The notes under the pieces: model-generated
The model's database searches: none
Told to the model about the DNA's origin: nothing
Seen by the model: the letters and a program-made list of their open reading frames with translations, nothing else
Position numbers and translations under genes: made by a program
Part shown: positions 30,001-43,149 of the stretch, in pieces
Position numbering within the stretch: position 1 is the first letter of the stretch
How the letters are laid out: each line of letters begins with the position of its first letter
Source: Eledone cirrhosa
Taxonomy: Eukaryota
DNA: 64,000 nt
Assembly (NCBI GenBank): GCA_964016885.1
Contig: CAXHJY010000184.1
Span: forward strand, 62,001 to 126,000
Direction of reading: 5' to 3'

Positions 30001-33000
30001 GACTATAGTCTTTCCCAATCACTACAGGACTATAGTCTTTCCCAGTCACTACAGGACTATAGTCTTTCCCAGTCACTACAGGACTATAGTCTTTCCCAAT
30101 CACTACAGGACTATAGTCTTTCCCAGTCACTACAAGACCATAGTCTTTCCCAGTCACTACAAGACTATAGTCTTTCCCAGTCAGTCACTACAGGACTATA
30201 GTCTTTCCCAGTCACTACAGGACTATAGTCTTTCCCAATCACTACAGGACTATAGTCTTTCCCAGTCACTACAGGACTATAGTCTTTCCCAATCACTACA
30301 GGACTATAGTCTTTCCCAGTCACTACAGGACTATAGTCTTTCCCAGTCACTACAGGACTATAGTCTTTCCCAATCACTACAGGACTATAGTCTTTCCCAG
30401 TCAGTCACTACAGGACTATAGTCTTTCCCAGTCACTACAGGACTATAGTCTTTCCCAGTCACTACAGGACTATAGTCTTTCCCAGTCACTACAGGACTAT
30501 AGTCTTTCCCAGTCACTACAGGACTATAGTATTTCCCAGTCACTACAGGACTATAGTCTTTCCCAGTCACTACAGGACTATAGTCTTTCCCAGTCACTAC
30601 AGAGCTATAGTCTTTCCCAGTCACTACAGGACTACAGTCTTTCCCAGTCACTACAGGACTATAGTCTTTCCCAGTCACTACAGGACTATAGTCTTTCCCA
30701 ATCACTACAGGACTACATTCTTTCCCAGTCACTACAGGAATATAGTCTTTCCCAGTCACTACAGGACTATAGTCTTTCCCAGTCACTACAGGACTATAGT
30801 CTTTCCCAATCACTACAGGACTATAGTCTTTCCCAGTCACTACAAGACTATAGTCTTTCCCAGTCACTACAAGACTATAGTCTTTCCCAGTCAGTCACTA
30901 CAGGACTATAGTCTTTCCCAGTCACTACAGGACTATAGTCTTTCCCAGTCACTACAGGACTATAGTCTTTCCCAGTCACTACAGGACTATAGTCTTTCCC
31001 AGTCACTACAGGACTATAGTCTTTCCCAGTCACTACAGGACTATAGTCTTTCCCAGTCACTACAGGACTATAGTCCTTCCCAGTCACTACAGGACTATAG
31101 TCTTTCCCAATCACTACAGGACTATAGTCTTTCCCAGTCACTACAGGACTATAGTCTTTCCCAGTCACTACAGGACTATAGTCTTTCCCAGTCACTACAG
31201 GACTATAGTCTCTCCCAGTCACTACAGGACTATAGTCTTTGCCAGTCACTACAGGACTATAGTCTTTCCCAATCACTACAGGACTATAGTCTTTCCCAAT
31301 CACTACAGGACTATAGTCTTTCCCAGTCACTACAGGACTATAGTCTTTCCCAATCACCACAGGACTATAGTCTTTCCCAATCACTACAGGACTATAGTCT
31401 TTCCCAGTCACTACAGGACTATAGTCTTTCCCAGTCACTACAGGACTATAGTCTTTCCCAGTCACTACAGGACTATAGTCTTTCCCAGTCACTACAGGAC
31501 TATAGTCTTTCCCAGTCACTACAGGACTATAGTCTTTCCCAGTCACCACAGGACCATAGTCTTTCCCAGTCACTACAGTACTATAGTCTTTCCCAATCAC
31601 TACAGGACTATAGTCTTTCCCAATCACTACAGGACTATAGTCTTTCCCAATCACTACAGGACTATAGTCTTTCCCAGACACTACAGGACTATAGTCTTTC
31701 CCAATCCCTACAGGACTATAGTCTTTCCCAGTCACTACAGGACTATAGTCTTTCCCAATCACTACAGGACTATAGTCTTTCCCAGTCACTACAGGACTAT
31801 AGTCTTTCCCAATCACCACAGGACTATAGTCTTTCCCAATCACTACAGGACTATAGTCTTTCCCAGTCACTACAGGACTATAGTCTTTCCCAGTCACTAC
31901 AGGACTATAGTCTTTCCCAATCACTACAGGACTATAGTCTTTCCCAGTCACTACAAGACCATAGTCTTTCCCAGTCACTACAAGACTATAGTCTTTCCCA
32001 GTCAGTCACTACAGGACTATAGTCTTTCCCAGTCACTACAGGACTATAGTCTTTCCCAATCACTACAGGACTATAGTCTTTCCCAGTCACTACAGGACTA
32101 TAGTCTTTCCCAATCACTACAGGACTATAGTCTTTCCCAGTCACTACAGGACTATAGTCTTTCCCAGTCACTACAGGACTATAGTCTTTCCCAATCACTA
32201 CAGGACTATAGTCCTTCCCAGTCAGTCACTACAGGACTATAGTCTTTCCCAGTCACTACAGGACTATAGTCTTTCCCAGTCACTACAGGACTATAGTCTT
32301 TCCCAGTCACTACAGGACTATAGTCTTTCCCAGTCACTACAGGACTATAGTCTTTCCCAGTCACTACAGGACTATAGTCTTTCCCAATCACTACAGGACT
32401 ACATTCTTTCCCAGTCACTACAGGACTATAGTCTTTCCCAGTCACTACAGGACTATAGTCTTTCCCAGTCACTACAGGACTATAGTCTTTCCCAGTCACT
32501 ACAGGACTATAGTTTTTCCCAGTCACTACAGGACTATAGTCTTTCCCAATCACTACAGGACTATAGTCTTTCCCAATCACTACAGGACTATAGTCTTTCC
32601 CAATCACTACAAGACTATAGTCTTTCCCAGTCACTACAGGACTATAGTCTTTCCCAATCACTACAGGACTATAGTCTTTCCCAGTCACTACAGGACTATA
32701 GTCTTTCCCAGTCACTACAGGACTATAGTCTTTCCCAGTCACTACAGGACTACATTCTTTCCCAGTCACTACAGGACTATAGTCTTTCCCAATCACTACA
32801 GGACTATAGTCTTTCCCAGCCACTACAGGACTATAGTCTTTCCCAGTCACTACAGGACTATAGTCTTTCCCAATCACTACAGGACTATAGTCTTTCCCAA
32901 TCACTACAAGACTATAGTCTTTCCCAGTCACTACAGGACTATAGTCTTTCCCAATCACTACAGGACTATAGTCTTTCCCAGTCACTACAGGACTATAGTC

Positions 33001-36000
33001 TTTCCCAGTCACTACAGGACTATAGTCTTTCCCAGTCACTACAGGACTACATTCTTTCCCAGTCACTACAGGACTATAGTCTTTCCCAATCACTACAGGA
33101 CTATAGTCTTTCCCAGTCACTACAGGACTATAGTCTTTCCCAGTCACTACAGGACTATAGTCTTTCCCAGTCACTACAGGACTATAGTCTTTCCCAGTCA
33201 CTACAGGACTATAGTCTTTCCCAGTCACTACAGGACTATATAGTCTTTCCCAGTCACTACAGGACTATAGTCTTTCCCAGTCACTACAGGACTATAGTCT
33301 TTCCCAGTCACTACAGGACTATAGTCTTTCCCAATCACCACAGGACTATAGTCTTTCCCAATCACTACAAGACTGTAGTCTTTCCCAGTCACTACAGGAC
33401 TATAGTCTTTCCCAGTCACTACAGGACTATAGTCTTTCCCAGTCACTACAGGACTATAGTCTTTCCCAGTCACTACAGGACTATAGTATTTCCCAGTCAC
33501 TACAGGACTATAGTCTTTCCCAGTCACTACAGGACTATAGTCTTTCCCAGTCACTACAGAGCTATAGTCTTTCCCAGTCACTACAGGACTACAGTCTTTC
33601 CCAGTCACTACAGGACTATAGTCTTTCCCAGTCACTACAGGACTATAGTCTTTCCCAATCACTACAGGACTACATTCTTTCCCAGTCACTACAGGAATAT
33701 AGTCTTTCCCAGTCACTACATGACTATAGTCTTTCCCAGTCACTACAGGACTATAGTCTTTCCCAATCACTACAGGACTATAGTCTTTCCCAGTCACTAC
33801 AAGACTATAGTCTTTCCCAGTCACTACAAGACTATAGTCTTTCCCAGTCAGTCACTACAGGACTATAGTCTTTCCCAGTCACTGCAGGACTATAGTCTTT
33901 GGCAGTCACTACAGGACTATAGTCTTTCCCAGTCACTACAGGACTATAGTCTTTCCCAGTCACTACAGGACTATAGTCTTTCCCAATCACTACAGGACTA
34001 TAGTCTTTCCCAGTCACTACAGGACTATAGTCCTTCCCAGTCACTACAGGACTATAGTCTTTCCCAATCACTATAGGACTATAGTCTTTCCCAGTCACTA
34101 CAGGACTATAGTCTTTCCCAGTCACTACAGGACTATAGTCTTTCCCAGTCACTACAGGACTATAGTCTCTCCCAGTCACTACAGGACTATAGTCTTTGCC
34201 AGTCACTACAGGACTATAGTCTTTCCCAATCACTACAGGACTATAGTCTTTCCCAATCACTACAGGACTATAGTCTTTCCCAGTCACTACAGGACTATAG
34301 TCTTTCCCAATCACTACAGGACTATAGTCTTTCCCAGTCACTACAGGACTATAGTCTTTCCCAATCACCACAGGACTATAGTCTTTCCCAATCACTACAG
34401 GACTATAGTCTTTCCCAGTCACTACAGGACTATAGTCTTTCCCAGTCACTACAGGACTATAGTCTTTCCCAGTCACTACAGGACTATAGTCTTTCCCAGT
34501 CACTACAGGACTATAGTCTTTCCCAGTCACTACAGGACTATAGTCTTTCCCAGTCACCACAGGACCATAGTCTTTCCCAGTCACTACAGTACTATAGTCT
34601 TTCCCAATCACTACAGGACTATAGTCTTTCCCAATCACTACAGGACTATAGTCTTTCCCAATCACTACAGGACTATAGTCTTTCCCAGACACTACAGGAC
34701 TATAGTCTTTCCCAATCCCTACAGGACTATAGTCTTTCCCAGTCACTACAGGACTATAGTCTTTCCCAATCACTACAGGACTATAGTCTTTCCCAGTCAC
34801 TACAGGACTATAGTCTTTCCCAATCACCACAGGACTATAGTCTTTCCCAATCACTACAGGACTATAGTCTTTCCCAGTCACTACAGGACTATAGTCTTTC
34901 CCAGTCACTACAGGACTATAGTCTTTCCCAATCACTACAGGACTATAGTCTTTCCCAGTCACTACAAGACCATAGTCTTTCCCAGTCACTACAAGACTAT
35001 AGTCTTTCCCAGTCAGTCACTACAGGACTATAGTCTTTCCCAGTCACTACAGGACTATAGTCTTTCCCAATCACTACAGGACTATAGTCTTTCCCAGTCA
35101 CTACAGGACTATAGTCTTTCCCCAATCACTACAGGACTATAGTCTTTCCCAGTCACTACAGGACTATAGTCTTTCCCAGTCACTACAGGACTATAGTCTT
35201 TCCCAATCACTACAGGACTATAGTCTTTCCCAGTCAGTCACTACAGGACTATAGTCTTTCCCAGTCACTACAGGACTATAGTCTTTCCCAGTCACTACAG
35301 GACTATAGTCTTTCCCAGTCACTACAGGACTATAGTCTTTCCCAGTCACTACAGGACTATAGTCTTTCCCAGTCACTACAGGACTATAGTCTTTCCCAAT
35401 CACTACAGGACTACATTCTTTCCCAGTCACTACAGGACTATAGTCTTTCCCAGTCACTACAGGACTATAGTCTTTCCCAGTCACTACAGGACTATAGTCT
35501 TTCCCAGTCACTACAGGACTATAGTTTTTCCCAGTCACTACAGGACTATAGTCTTTCCCAATCACTACAGGACTATAGTCTTTCCCAATCACTACAGGAC
35601 TATAGTCTTTCCCAATCACTACAAGACTATAGTCTTTCCCAGTCACTACAGGACTATAGTCTTTCCCAATCACTACAGGACTATAGTCTTTCCCAGTCAC
35701 TACAGGACTATAGTCTTTCCCAGTCACTACAGGACTATAGTCTTTCCCAGTCACTACAGGACTACATTCTTTCCCAGTCACTACAGGACTATAGTCTTTC
35801 CCAATCACTACAGGACTATAGTCTTTCCCAGTCACTACAGGACTATAGTCTTTCCCAGTCACTACAGGACTATAGTCTTTCCCAATCACTACAGGACTAT
35901 AGTCTTTCCCAATCACTACAAGACTATAGTCTTTCCCAGTCACTACAGGACTATAGTCTTTCCCAATCACTACAGGACTATAGTCTTTCCCAGTCACTAC

Positions 36001-39000
36001 AGGACTATAGTCTTTCCCAGTCACTACAGGACTATAGTCTTTCCCAGTCACTACAGGACTACATTCTTTCCCAGTCACTACAGGACTATAGTCTTTCCCA
36101 ATCACTACAGGACTATAGTCTTTCCCAGTCACTACAGGACTATAGTCTTTCCCAGTCACTACAGGACTATAGTCTTTCCCAGTCACTACAGGACTATAGT
36201 CTTTCCCAGTCACTACAGGACTATAGTCTTTCCCAGTCACTACAGGACTATAGTCTTTCCCAGTCACTACAGGACTATAGTCTTTCCCAGTCACTACAGG
36301 ACTATAGTCTTTTCCAGTCACTACAGGACTATAGTCTTTACCAGTCACTACAGGACTATAGTCCTTCCCAGTCACTACAGGACTATAGTCTTTCCCAATC
36401 ACTACAGGACTATAGTCTTTCCCAGTCATTACAGGACTATAGTCTTTCCCAGTCACTACAGGACTATAGTCTTTCCCAGTCACTACAGGACTATAGTCTT
36501 TCCCAATCACTACAAGACTATAGTCTTTCCCAGTCACTACAGGACTATAGTCTTTCCCAGTCACTACAAGACTATAGTCTTTCCCAATCACTACAGGACT
36601 ATAGTCTTTCCCAGTCATTACAGGACTATAGTCTTTCCCAGTCACTACAGGACTATAGTCTTTCCCAGTCACTACAGGACTATAGTCTTTCCCAATCACT
36701 ACAAGACTATAGTCTTTCCCAGTCACTACAGGACTATAGTCTTTCCCAGTCACGACAAGACTATAGTCTTTCCCAATCACTACAGGACTATAGTCTTTCC
36801 CAGTCACTACAGGACTATAGTCTTTCCCAGTCAGTCACTACAGGACTATAGTCTTTCCCAGTCACTACAAGACTATAGTCTTTCCCAGTCACTACAGGAC
36901 TATAGTCTTTCCCAGTCACTACAGGACTATAGTCTTTCCCAGTCACTACAGGACTATAGTCTCTCCCAGTCACTACAGGACTATAGTCTTTGCCAGTCAC
37001 TACAGGACTATAGTCTTTCCCAATCACTACAGGACTATAGTCTTTCCCAATCACTACAGGACTATAGTCTTTCCCAGTCACTACAGGACTATAGTCTTTC
37101 CCAATCACTACAGGACTATAGTCTTTCCCAGTCACTACAGGACTATAGTCTTTCCCAATCACCACAGGACTATAGTCTTTCCCAATCACTACAGGACTAT
37201 AGTCTTTCCCAGTCACTACAGGACTATAGTCTTTCCCAGTCACTACATGACTATAGTCTTTCCCAGTCACTACAGGACTATAGTCTTTCCCAGTCACTAC
37301 AGGACTATAGTCTTTCCCAGTCACTACAGGACTATAGTCTTTCCCAGTCACCACAGGACCATAGTCTTTCCCAATCACTACAGGACTATAGTCTTTCCCA
37401 GTCAGTCACTACAGGACTATAGTCTTTCCCAGTCACTACAGGACTATAGTCTTTCCCAGTCACTACAGGACTATAGTCTTTCCCAGTCACTACAGGACTA
37501 TAGTCTTTCCCAGTCACTACAGGACTATAGTCTTTCCCAGTCACTACAGGACTATAGTCTTTCCCAATCACTACAGGACTACATTCTTTCCCAGTCACTA
37601 CAGGACTATAGTCTTTCCCAGTCACTACAGGACTATAGTCTTTCCCAGTCACTACAGGACTATAGTCTTTCCCAGTCACTACAGGACTATAGTTTTTCCC
37701 AGTCACTACAGGACTATAGTCTTTCCCAATCACTACAGGACTATAGTCTTTCCCAATCACTACAGGACTATAGTCTTTCCCAATCACTACAAGACTATAG
37801 TCTTTCCCAGTCACTACAGGACTATAGTCTTTCCCAATCACTACAGGACTATAGTCTTTCCCAGTCACTACAGGACTATAGTCTTTCCCAGTCACTACAG
37901 GACTATAGTCTTTCCCAGTCACTACAGGACTATAGTCTTTCCCAGTCACTACAGGACTATAGTCTTTCCCAATCACTACAAGACTATAGTCTTTCCCAGT
38001 CACTACAGGACTATAGTCTTTCCCAGTCACTACAAGACTATAGTCTTTCCCAATCACTACAGGACTATAGTCTTTCCCAGTCATTACAGGACTATAGTCT
38101 TTCCCAGTCACTACAGGACTATAGTCTTTCCCAGTCACTACAGGACTATAGTCTTTCCCAATCACTACAAGACTATAGTCTTTCCCAGTCACTACAGGAC
38201 TATAGTCTTTCCCAGTCACTACAAGACTATAGTCTTTCCCAATCACTACAGGACTATAGTCTTTCCCAGTCACTACAGGACTATAGTCTTTCCCAGTCAG
38301 TCACTACAGGACTATAGTCTTTCCCAGTCACTACAAGACTATAGTCTTTCCCAGTCACTACAGGACTATAGTCTTTCCCAGTCACTACAAGACTATAGTC
38401 CTTCCCAGTCACTACAGGACTATAGTCTTTCCCAATCACTACAGGACTATAGTCTTTCCCAGTCATTACAGGACTATAGTCTTTCCCAGTCACTACAGGA
38501 CTATAGTCTTTCCCAGTCACTACAGGACTATAGTCTTTCCCAATCACTACAAGACTATAGTCTTTCCCAGTCACTACAGGACTATAGTCTTTCCCAGTCA
38601 CTACAAGACTATAGTCTTTCCCAATCACTACAGGACTATAGTCTTTCCCAGTCACTACAGGACTATAGTCTCTCCCAGTCACTACAGGACTATAGTCTTT
38701 GCCAGTCACTACAGGACTATAGTCTTTCCCAATCACTACAGGACTATAGTCTTTTCCAATCACTACAGGACTATAGTCTTTCCCAATCACTACAGGACTA
38801 TAGTCTTTTCCAATCACTACAGGACTATAGTCTTTCCCAATCACTACAGGACTACATTCTTTCCCAGTCACTACAGGACTATAGTCTTTCCCAATCACTA
38901 CAGGACTATAGTCTTTCCCAGTCACTACAGGACTATAGTCTTTCCCAGTCACTACAGGACTATAGTCTTTCCCAGTCACTACAGGACTATAGTCTTTCCC

Positions 39001-40551
39001 AGTCACTACAGGACTATAGTCTTTCCCAGTCACTACAGGACTATAGTCTTTCCCAGTCACTACAGGACTATAGTTTTTCCCAGTCACTACAGGACTATAG
39101 TCTTTCCCAATCACTACAGGACTATAGTCTTTCCCAATCACTACAGGACTATAGTCTTTCCCAATCACTACAAGACTATAGTCTTTCCCAGTCACTACAG
39201 GACTATAGTCTTTCCCAATCACTACAGGACTATAGTCTTTCCCAGTCACTACAGGACTATAGTCTTTCCCAGTCACTACAGGACTATAGTCTTTCCCAGT
39301 CACTACAGGACTACATTCTTTCCCAGTCACTACAGGACTATAGTCTTTCCCAATCACTACAGGACTATAGTCTTTCCCAGTCACTACAGGACTATAGTCT
39401 TTCCCAGTCACTACAGGACTATAGTCTTTCCCAGTCACTACAGGACTATAGTCTTTCCCAGTCACTACAGGACTATAGTCTTTCCCAGTCACTACAGGAC
39501 TATAGTCTTTCCCAGTCACTACAGGACTATAGTCTTTCCCAGTCACTACAGGACTATAGTCTTTCCCAGTCACTACAGGACTATAGTCTTTCCCAGTCAC
39601 TACAGGACTATAGTCCTTCCCAGTCACTACAGGACTATAGTCTTTCCCAATCACTACAGGACTATAGTCTTTCCCAGTCATTACAGGACTATAGTCTTTC
39701 CCAGTCACTACAGGACTATAGTCTTTCCCAGTCACTACAGGACTATAGTCTTTCCCAATCACTACAAGACTATAGTCTTTCCCAGTCACTACAGGACTAT
39801 AGTCTTTCCCAGTCACTACAAGACTATAGTCTTTCCCAATCACTACAGGACTATAGTCTTTCCCAGTCACTACAGGACTATAGTCTCTCCCAGTCACTAC
39901 AGGACTATAGTCTTTGCCAGTCACTACAGGACTATAGTCTTTCCCAATCACTACAGGACTATAGTCTTTTCCAATCACTACAGGACTATAGTCTTTCCCA
40001 ATCACTACAGGACTATAGTCTTTCCCAGTCACTACAGGACTATAGTCTTTCCCAGTCACTACAGGACCATAGTCTTTCCCAATCACTACAGGACTATAGT
40101 CTTTCCCAGTCACTACAGGACTATAGTCTTTCCCAGTCACTACAGGACTATAGTCTTTCCCAGTCACTACAGGACTATAGTCTTTCCCAGTCACTACAGG
40201 ACCATAGTCTTTCCCAATCACTACAGGACTATAGTCTTTCCCAGTCACTACAGGACTATAGTCTTTCCCAGTCACCACAGGACTATAGTCTTACCCAGTC
40301 ACCACAGGACCATAGTCTTTCCCAGTCACTACAGTACTATAGTCTTTCCCAATCACTACAGGACTATAGTCTTTCCCAGTCACTACAGGACTATAGTCTT
40401 TCCCAATCACTACAGGACCATAGTCTTTCCCAGTCACTACAGTACTATAGTCTTTCCCAATCACTACAGGACTATAGTCTTTCCCAGTCACTGCAGGACT
40501 ATAGTCTTTCCCAATCACTACAGGACTATAGTCTTTCCCAGTCACTACAGG
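1..40551. repeat. Giant 27-bp tandem minisatellite, consensus CAGTCACTACAGGACTATAGTCTTTCC, about 1500 units, continues beyond the left window edge
   Basis: Read directly: an uninterrupted 27-nt period with recurrent variants (CAAT/CAGT, CAAG/CAGG, ACTACATTC, +4 CAGT duplications). Ends abruptly at ...gtcactacagg (about 40551) against unique sequence. Each unit holds the 10-bp palindrome GACTATAGTC. Confidence 0.99.
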
Positions 40552-40799
40552 TCCTCTACTTCCATTGCCATACAATATCATATCATTCATACATATAACA
40601 TATACCAGTCATAGAAAGTAATTAACCTTTCATGAACGTTTCTGTCTCACAATTATCTTATGAAAAGTCCAGCACACTTTAGTATTAAACCGTTAATTAC
40701 TTAAATTTATAATTATATGTGATTCAATTAATTATGAAATAATCAAGAATTTGGAAGGATTTAGTCAAATAATTAGCATCTTCATTATTAAGCTGGTAT

Positions 40800-41145
40800 A
40801 AGGTGGTGGATTGGCAGTATTATTAGAGGATCAAACATGCTTTGCAGCATAGAGTTACATCCCTTTAGGCTCTGAGTTAAATTTAATCAGCTTTGCCAAC
40901 CCCCAAAATTGTTGGCTTTGTGCCATTATGAGTGGTGGATTGACAGAATCTGTAGAGTGTTGGACAACGTTTTGTGGCTTAGAGTTATGTCCCTTTACAT
41001 TCTGATTTCAAATTCCACTGAGGTTAGTTTTGCCTGTCATCCTTACAGGGTTGATAAAATAAAGTACCAGTAACATACTAGTGTCAATTATCAGCTTTCC
41101 CTTCTCCAAAAGTTGTTGGCGTTGTGCCTAAATCAGAAACCATTA
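40800..41145 (+). mobile_element. Two degenerate tRNA-derived SINE copies
   Basis: B-box-like (G)TTCAAATTCC, body GCCTgTCATCCTTACAGGGTTGATAAAATAAAGTACCAG and 3' TTGTGCCTAAAtcAGAAAC, all shared with the copies at 50687-51062. Confidence 0.7.
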
Positions 41146-41360
41146 CTAAGCTGGTATTTGGAACATAAGTAAATAAATGGTTACATAAATTACAACAGAA
41201 TGTTTTAAACTGCTTTAAACTGGAGGGGTTTTTTAAATACAGAATAAAAACAGAGGCAGTTTTGAGTAGCTTCAAAAGAATTAACCTAATGAAAAATAGT
41301 GTAAAAAATATAAAAATATATGAGATAAAAATGTGATATGAGAATGAATTTTTGTGCCAT

Positions 41361-41586
41361 GACAAAAAGCACCCAGTCCACACTGTACATGTGCTTGGCG
41401 TTAGGAAGGGCATCCAACCATAGAAACCTTGCCAGAAATCGTTCAATATGAGCAAGACACAGTCAGCCTTGTATGAATAAGACACAGCCATCTGATCAGG
41501 CTTGTCTCACAACAGGACAAGTCATTTAACCCATAGTAGCATTGAAAAATGGACATGTGATGATGATGATGATGATGATGATGATT
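41361..41586 (+). mobile_element. 3' part of a second SINE family with a (GAT)n tail
   Basis: GGCGTTAGGAAGGGCATCCAACCATAGAAACC motif and an AAATGGACAT...(GAT)n tail. A similar 3' end recurs at about 44600-44655. Confidence 0.6.
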
Positions 41587-41907
41587 GTGTAGGACAAAAT
41601 GCTTTATGGTATTTATTTCAGCTGCTTGTGCTCAGAGTAAAAATTCTGCCATGGTTAATAAACTATCAATCAAATAAGTCAGGCGAGCTCAAATCTCATT
41701 GTGGCCTATTTAATCCTTCGCCTATTTTAACACTAACAGCACCTCACTCATGGCTGTCCTTAACAGATTCCACTCTGCTAGGTTTCTGACTTCAGAGACC
41801 TTGAAAATCCTCAGGAGAGCAGCCCTTCCCTTCCTGATTAAAGGATGAACAAGAAAAACTCAAAAAATGTAAACAACAATGAAGAAGATATAACGAAAAT
41901 GTCTTAC

Positions 41908-42188
41908 TTTGTCATGTTTTTTAAAAATTTTTCTAAATCCAGTAAAATTTAAAGTTTGATAATTTTGTAAGAGAATCAAACTGAGATAAAATTCACTGAA
42001 GGCAAGTTTCAGATCATGCATCTTCCGAGTGTTAATAACTTTGGTGTTCTTCTCCTTAAATAACACATGTACACTGCCTCGTCTTCTCCGTAGAGATGTG
42101 TGGTGCAGTGCTTTCTCTTCAAGTTGTGAATATTCTTGCAGCTCTGCATTTAAGGTGGCAAATTTCCAAGTGGCTTCAGCAAATTTTT
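41908..42188 (-). CDS. XPR1: XPR1 coding exon 4: (E)KFAEATWKFATLNAEL...DLKLAFSEFYLSLILLQNYQTLNFTGFRKIFKKHDK (end of SPX domain)
   Basis: Acceptor ttttcttcacAG, donor AAA|GTAAGA, 281 nt, phase 1 to 0. Lies within ORF 41860..42243. Carries the hallmark LKLAFSEFYLSLILLQNYQxLNFTGFRKIxKKHDK with the inositol-phosphate-binding lysine cluster. The four exons total 504 nt (168 aa). Downstream core and EXS exons are not in the window. Confidence 0.97.
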
Positions 42189-42244
42189 CTGTGAAGAAAA
42201 GTGGATAGTGTAGTGTTGATAGCTTTGTTGAAAATATAGACATT

Positions 42245-42825
42245 TACATAAACATGTGGCAACGTAGAAAGTTCTGTAGACCACATATGGTAACCTAGAC
42301 AATTCTGTAGACCTCATATGGTAACAGACAATTCTGTGAGCCACATGTGGTAGCACAAGCAGTTCTGTAGATGAGATGTGGTAACCTAGGCAATTTTGTA
42401 GACCACATGTGGAAACAGGTAATTCTGTAGACCACATGTGAGTAATATAGATAGTTATTTTGAACACATGTGGGTAAAATAGATAGATGCAGGTAATGTA
42501 AATAGTTTATGTAGTCTACATGTTTGTAACACAGAGTTCTATATAATACATGTGAGTAGTATATAATACATGTGAAAGTTCTGTAGATGACGTGGGTATT
42601 GCAAACATTTATGTGGGCAAAGAAGGCAACATATAGGTAATATAGTTTTTTAGGCCCCATGTGGGTAATATAGACAGTTGTGTAGGCCACATGTGCATAG
42701 TACACAGTTGTGTAGGCCACATGTGCATAGTACACAGTTGTGTAGGCTAACTGTGGGTATGGCAGACAGCTCTGTAAGCCACATGCGGCTAATATAATTA
42801 GTTCTATACACCACATGTTAGTAAC
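42245..42825. repeat. Degenerate minisatellite of about 30 bp with a CACATGTG core (XPR1 intron 3)
   Basis: Recurrent ttctgtagaccacatgtggtaa... units at roughly 30-nt spacing. Confidence 0.8.
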
Positions 42826-43029
42826 GCAGAAGGGAATACAATTTTCTTACATAAAATAATGATGGAAAGTTTTAATTTAAATATAAACACTTTAAAAATC
42901 AAATAACTTTACATCATAGAACTAGGGCCATCTTTTTGTGGTTTGTTATCAAAAGAGCTAAGATATTGAAATTAATGATATTAGGTAGAAGATAGAGTGA
43001 ACAGGTGAAATAAACAGACTTCTACTCAC

Positions 43030-43131
43030 CTGAGAAAAATGTATTGATCTTTGTCAGTTCTTTTTCACAGAATTGGAAAAAGCTTTCATCAAATCGTGTA
43101 AAATATCTTTTGATAATAGCACTGTCAGTAA
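43030..43131 (-). CDS. XPR1: XPR1 coding exon 3: (V)[33 protein letters not shown] + 1 nt
   Basis: Acceptor caccacAG, donor CAG|GTGAGT, 102 nt, phase 1 to 1. Contains the SPX motif FFxxCEKELxKINTFxS. Confidence 0.95.
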
Positions 43132-43149
43132 CTGTGGTGAGATATCAAA

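Noticed and set aside
1-40551. CRISPR-like array (27-bp repeats with an internal palindrome)
   Set aside because: Units are directly adjacent with no unique spacers, there are no cas genes, and the context is a eukaryotic intron.
150-40590. Giant repeat proteins (VVTGKDYSP)n, (SQSLQDYSL)n and (FPSHYRTIV)n up to 3665 aa; the YSP resembles the Pol II CTD heptad
   Set aside because: These are a by-product of a 27-nt unit lacking stops in several frames on both strands. The ORFs switch frame at +4/-1 indels, variants are not biased to synonymous sites, and there is no unique N- or C-terminal domain.
41084-41789. ORFs 41084..41491 and 41502..41789 as further XPR1 exons
   Set aside because: They show no similarity to the expected post-SPX sequence (G..WR...VE.APFY) and overlap SINE remnants and a (GAT)n tail.
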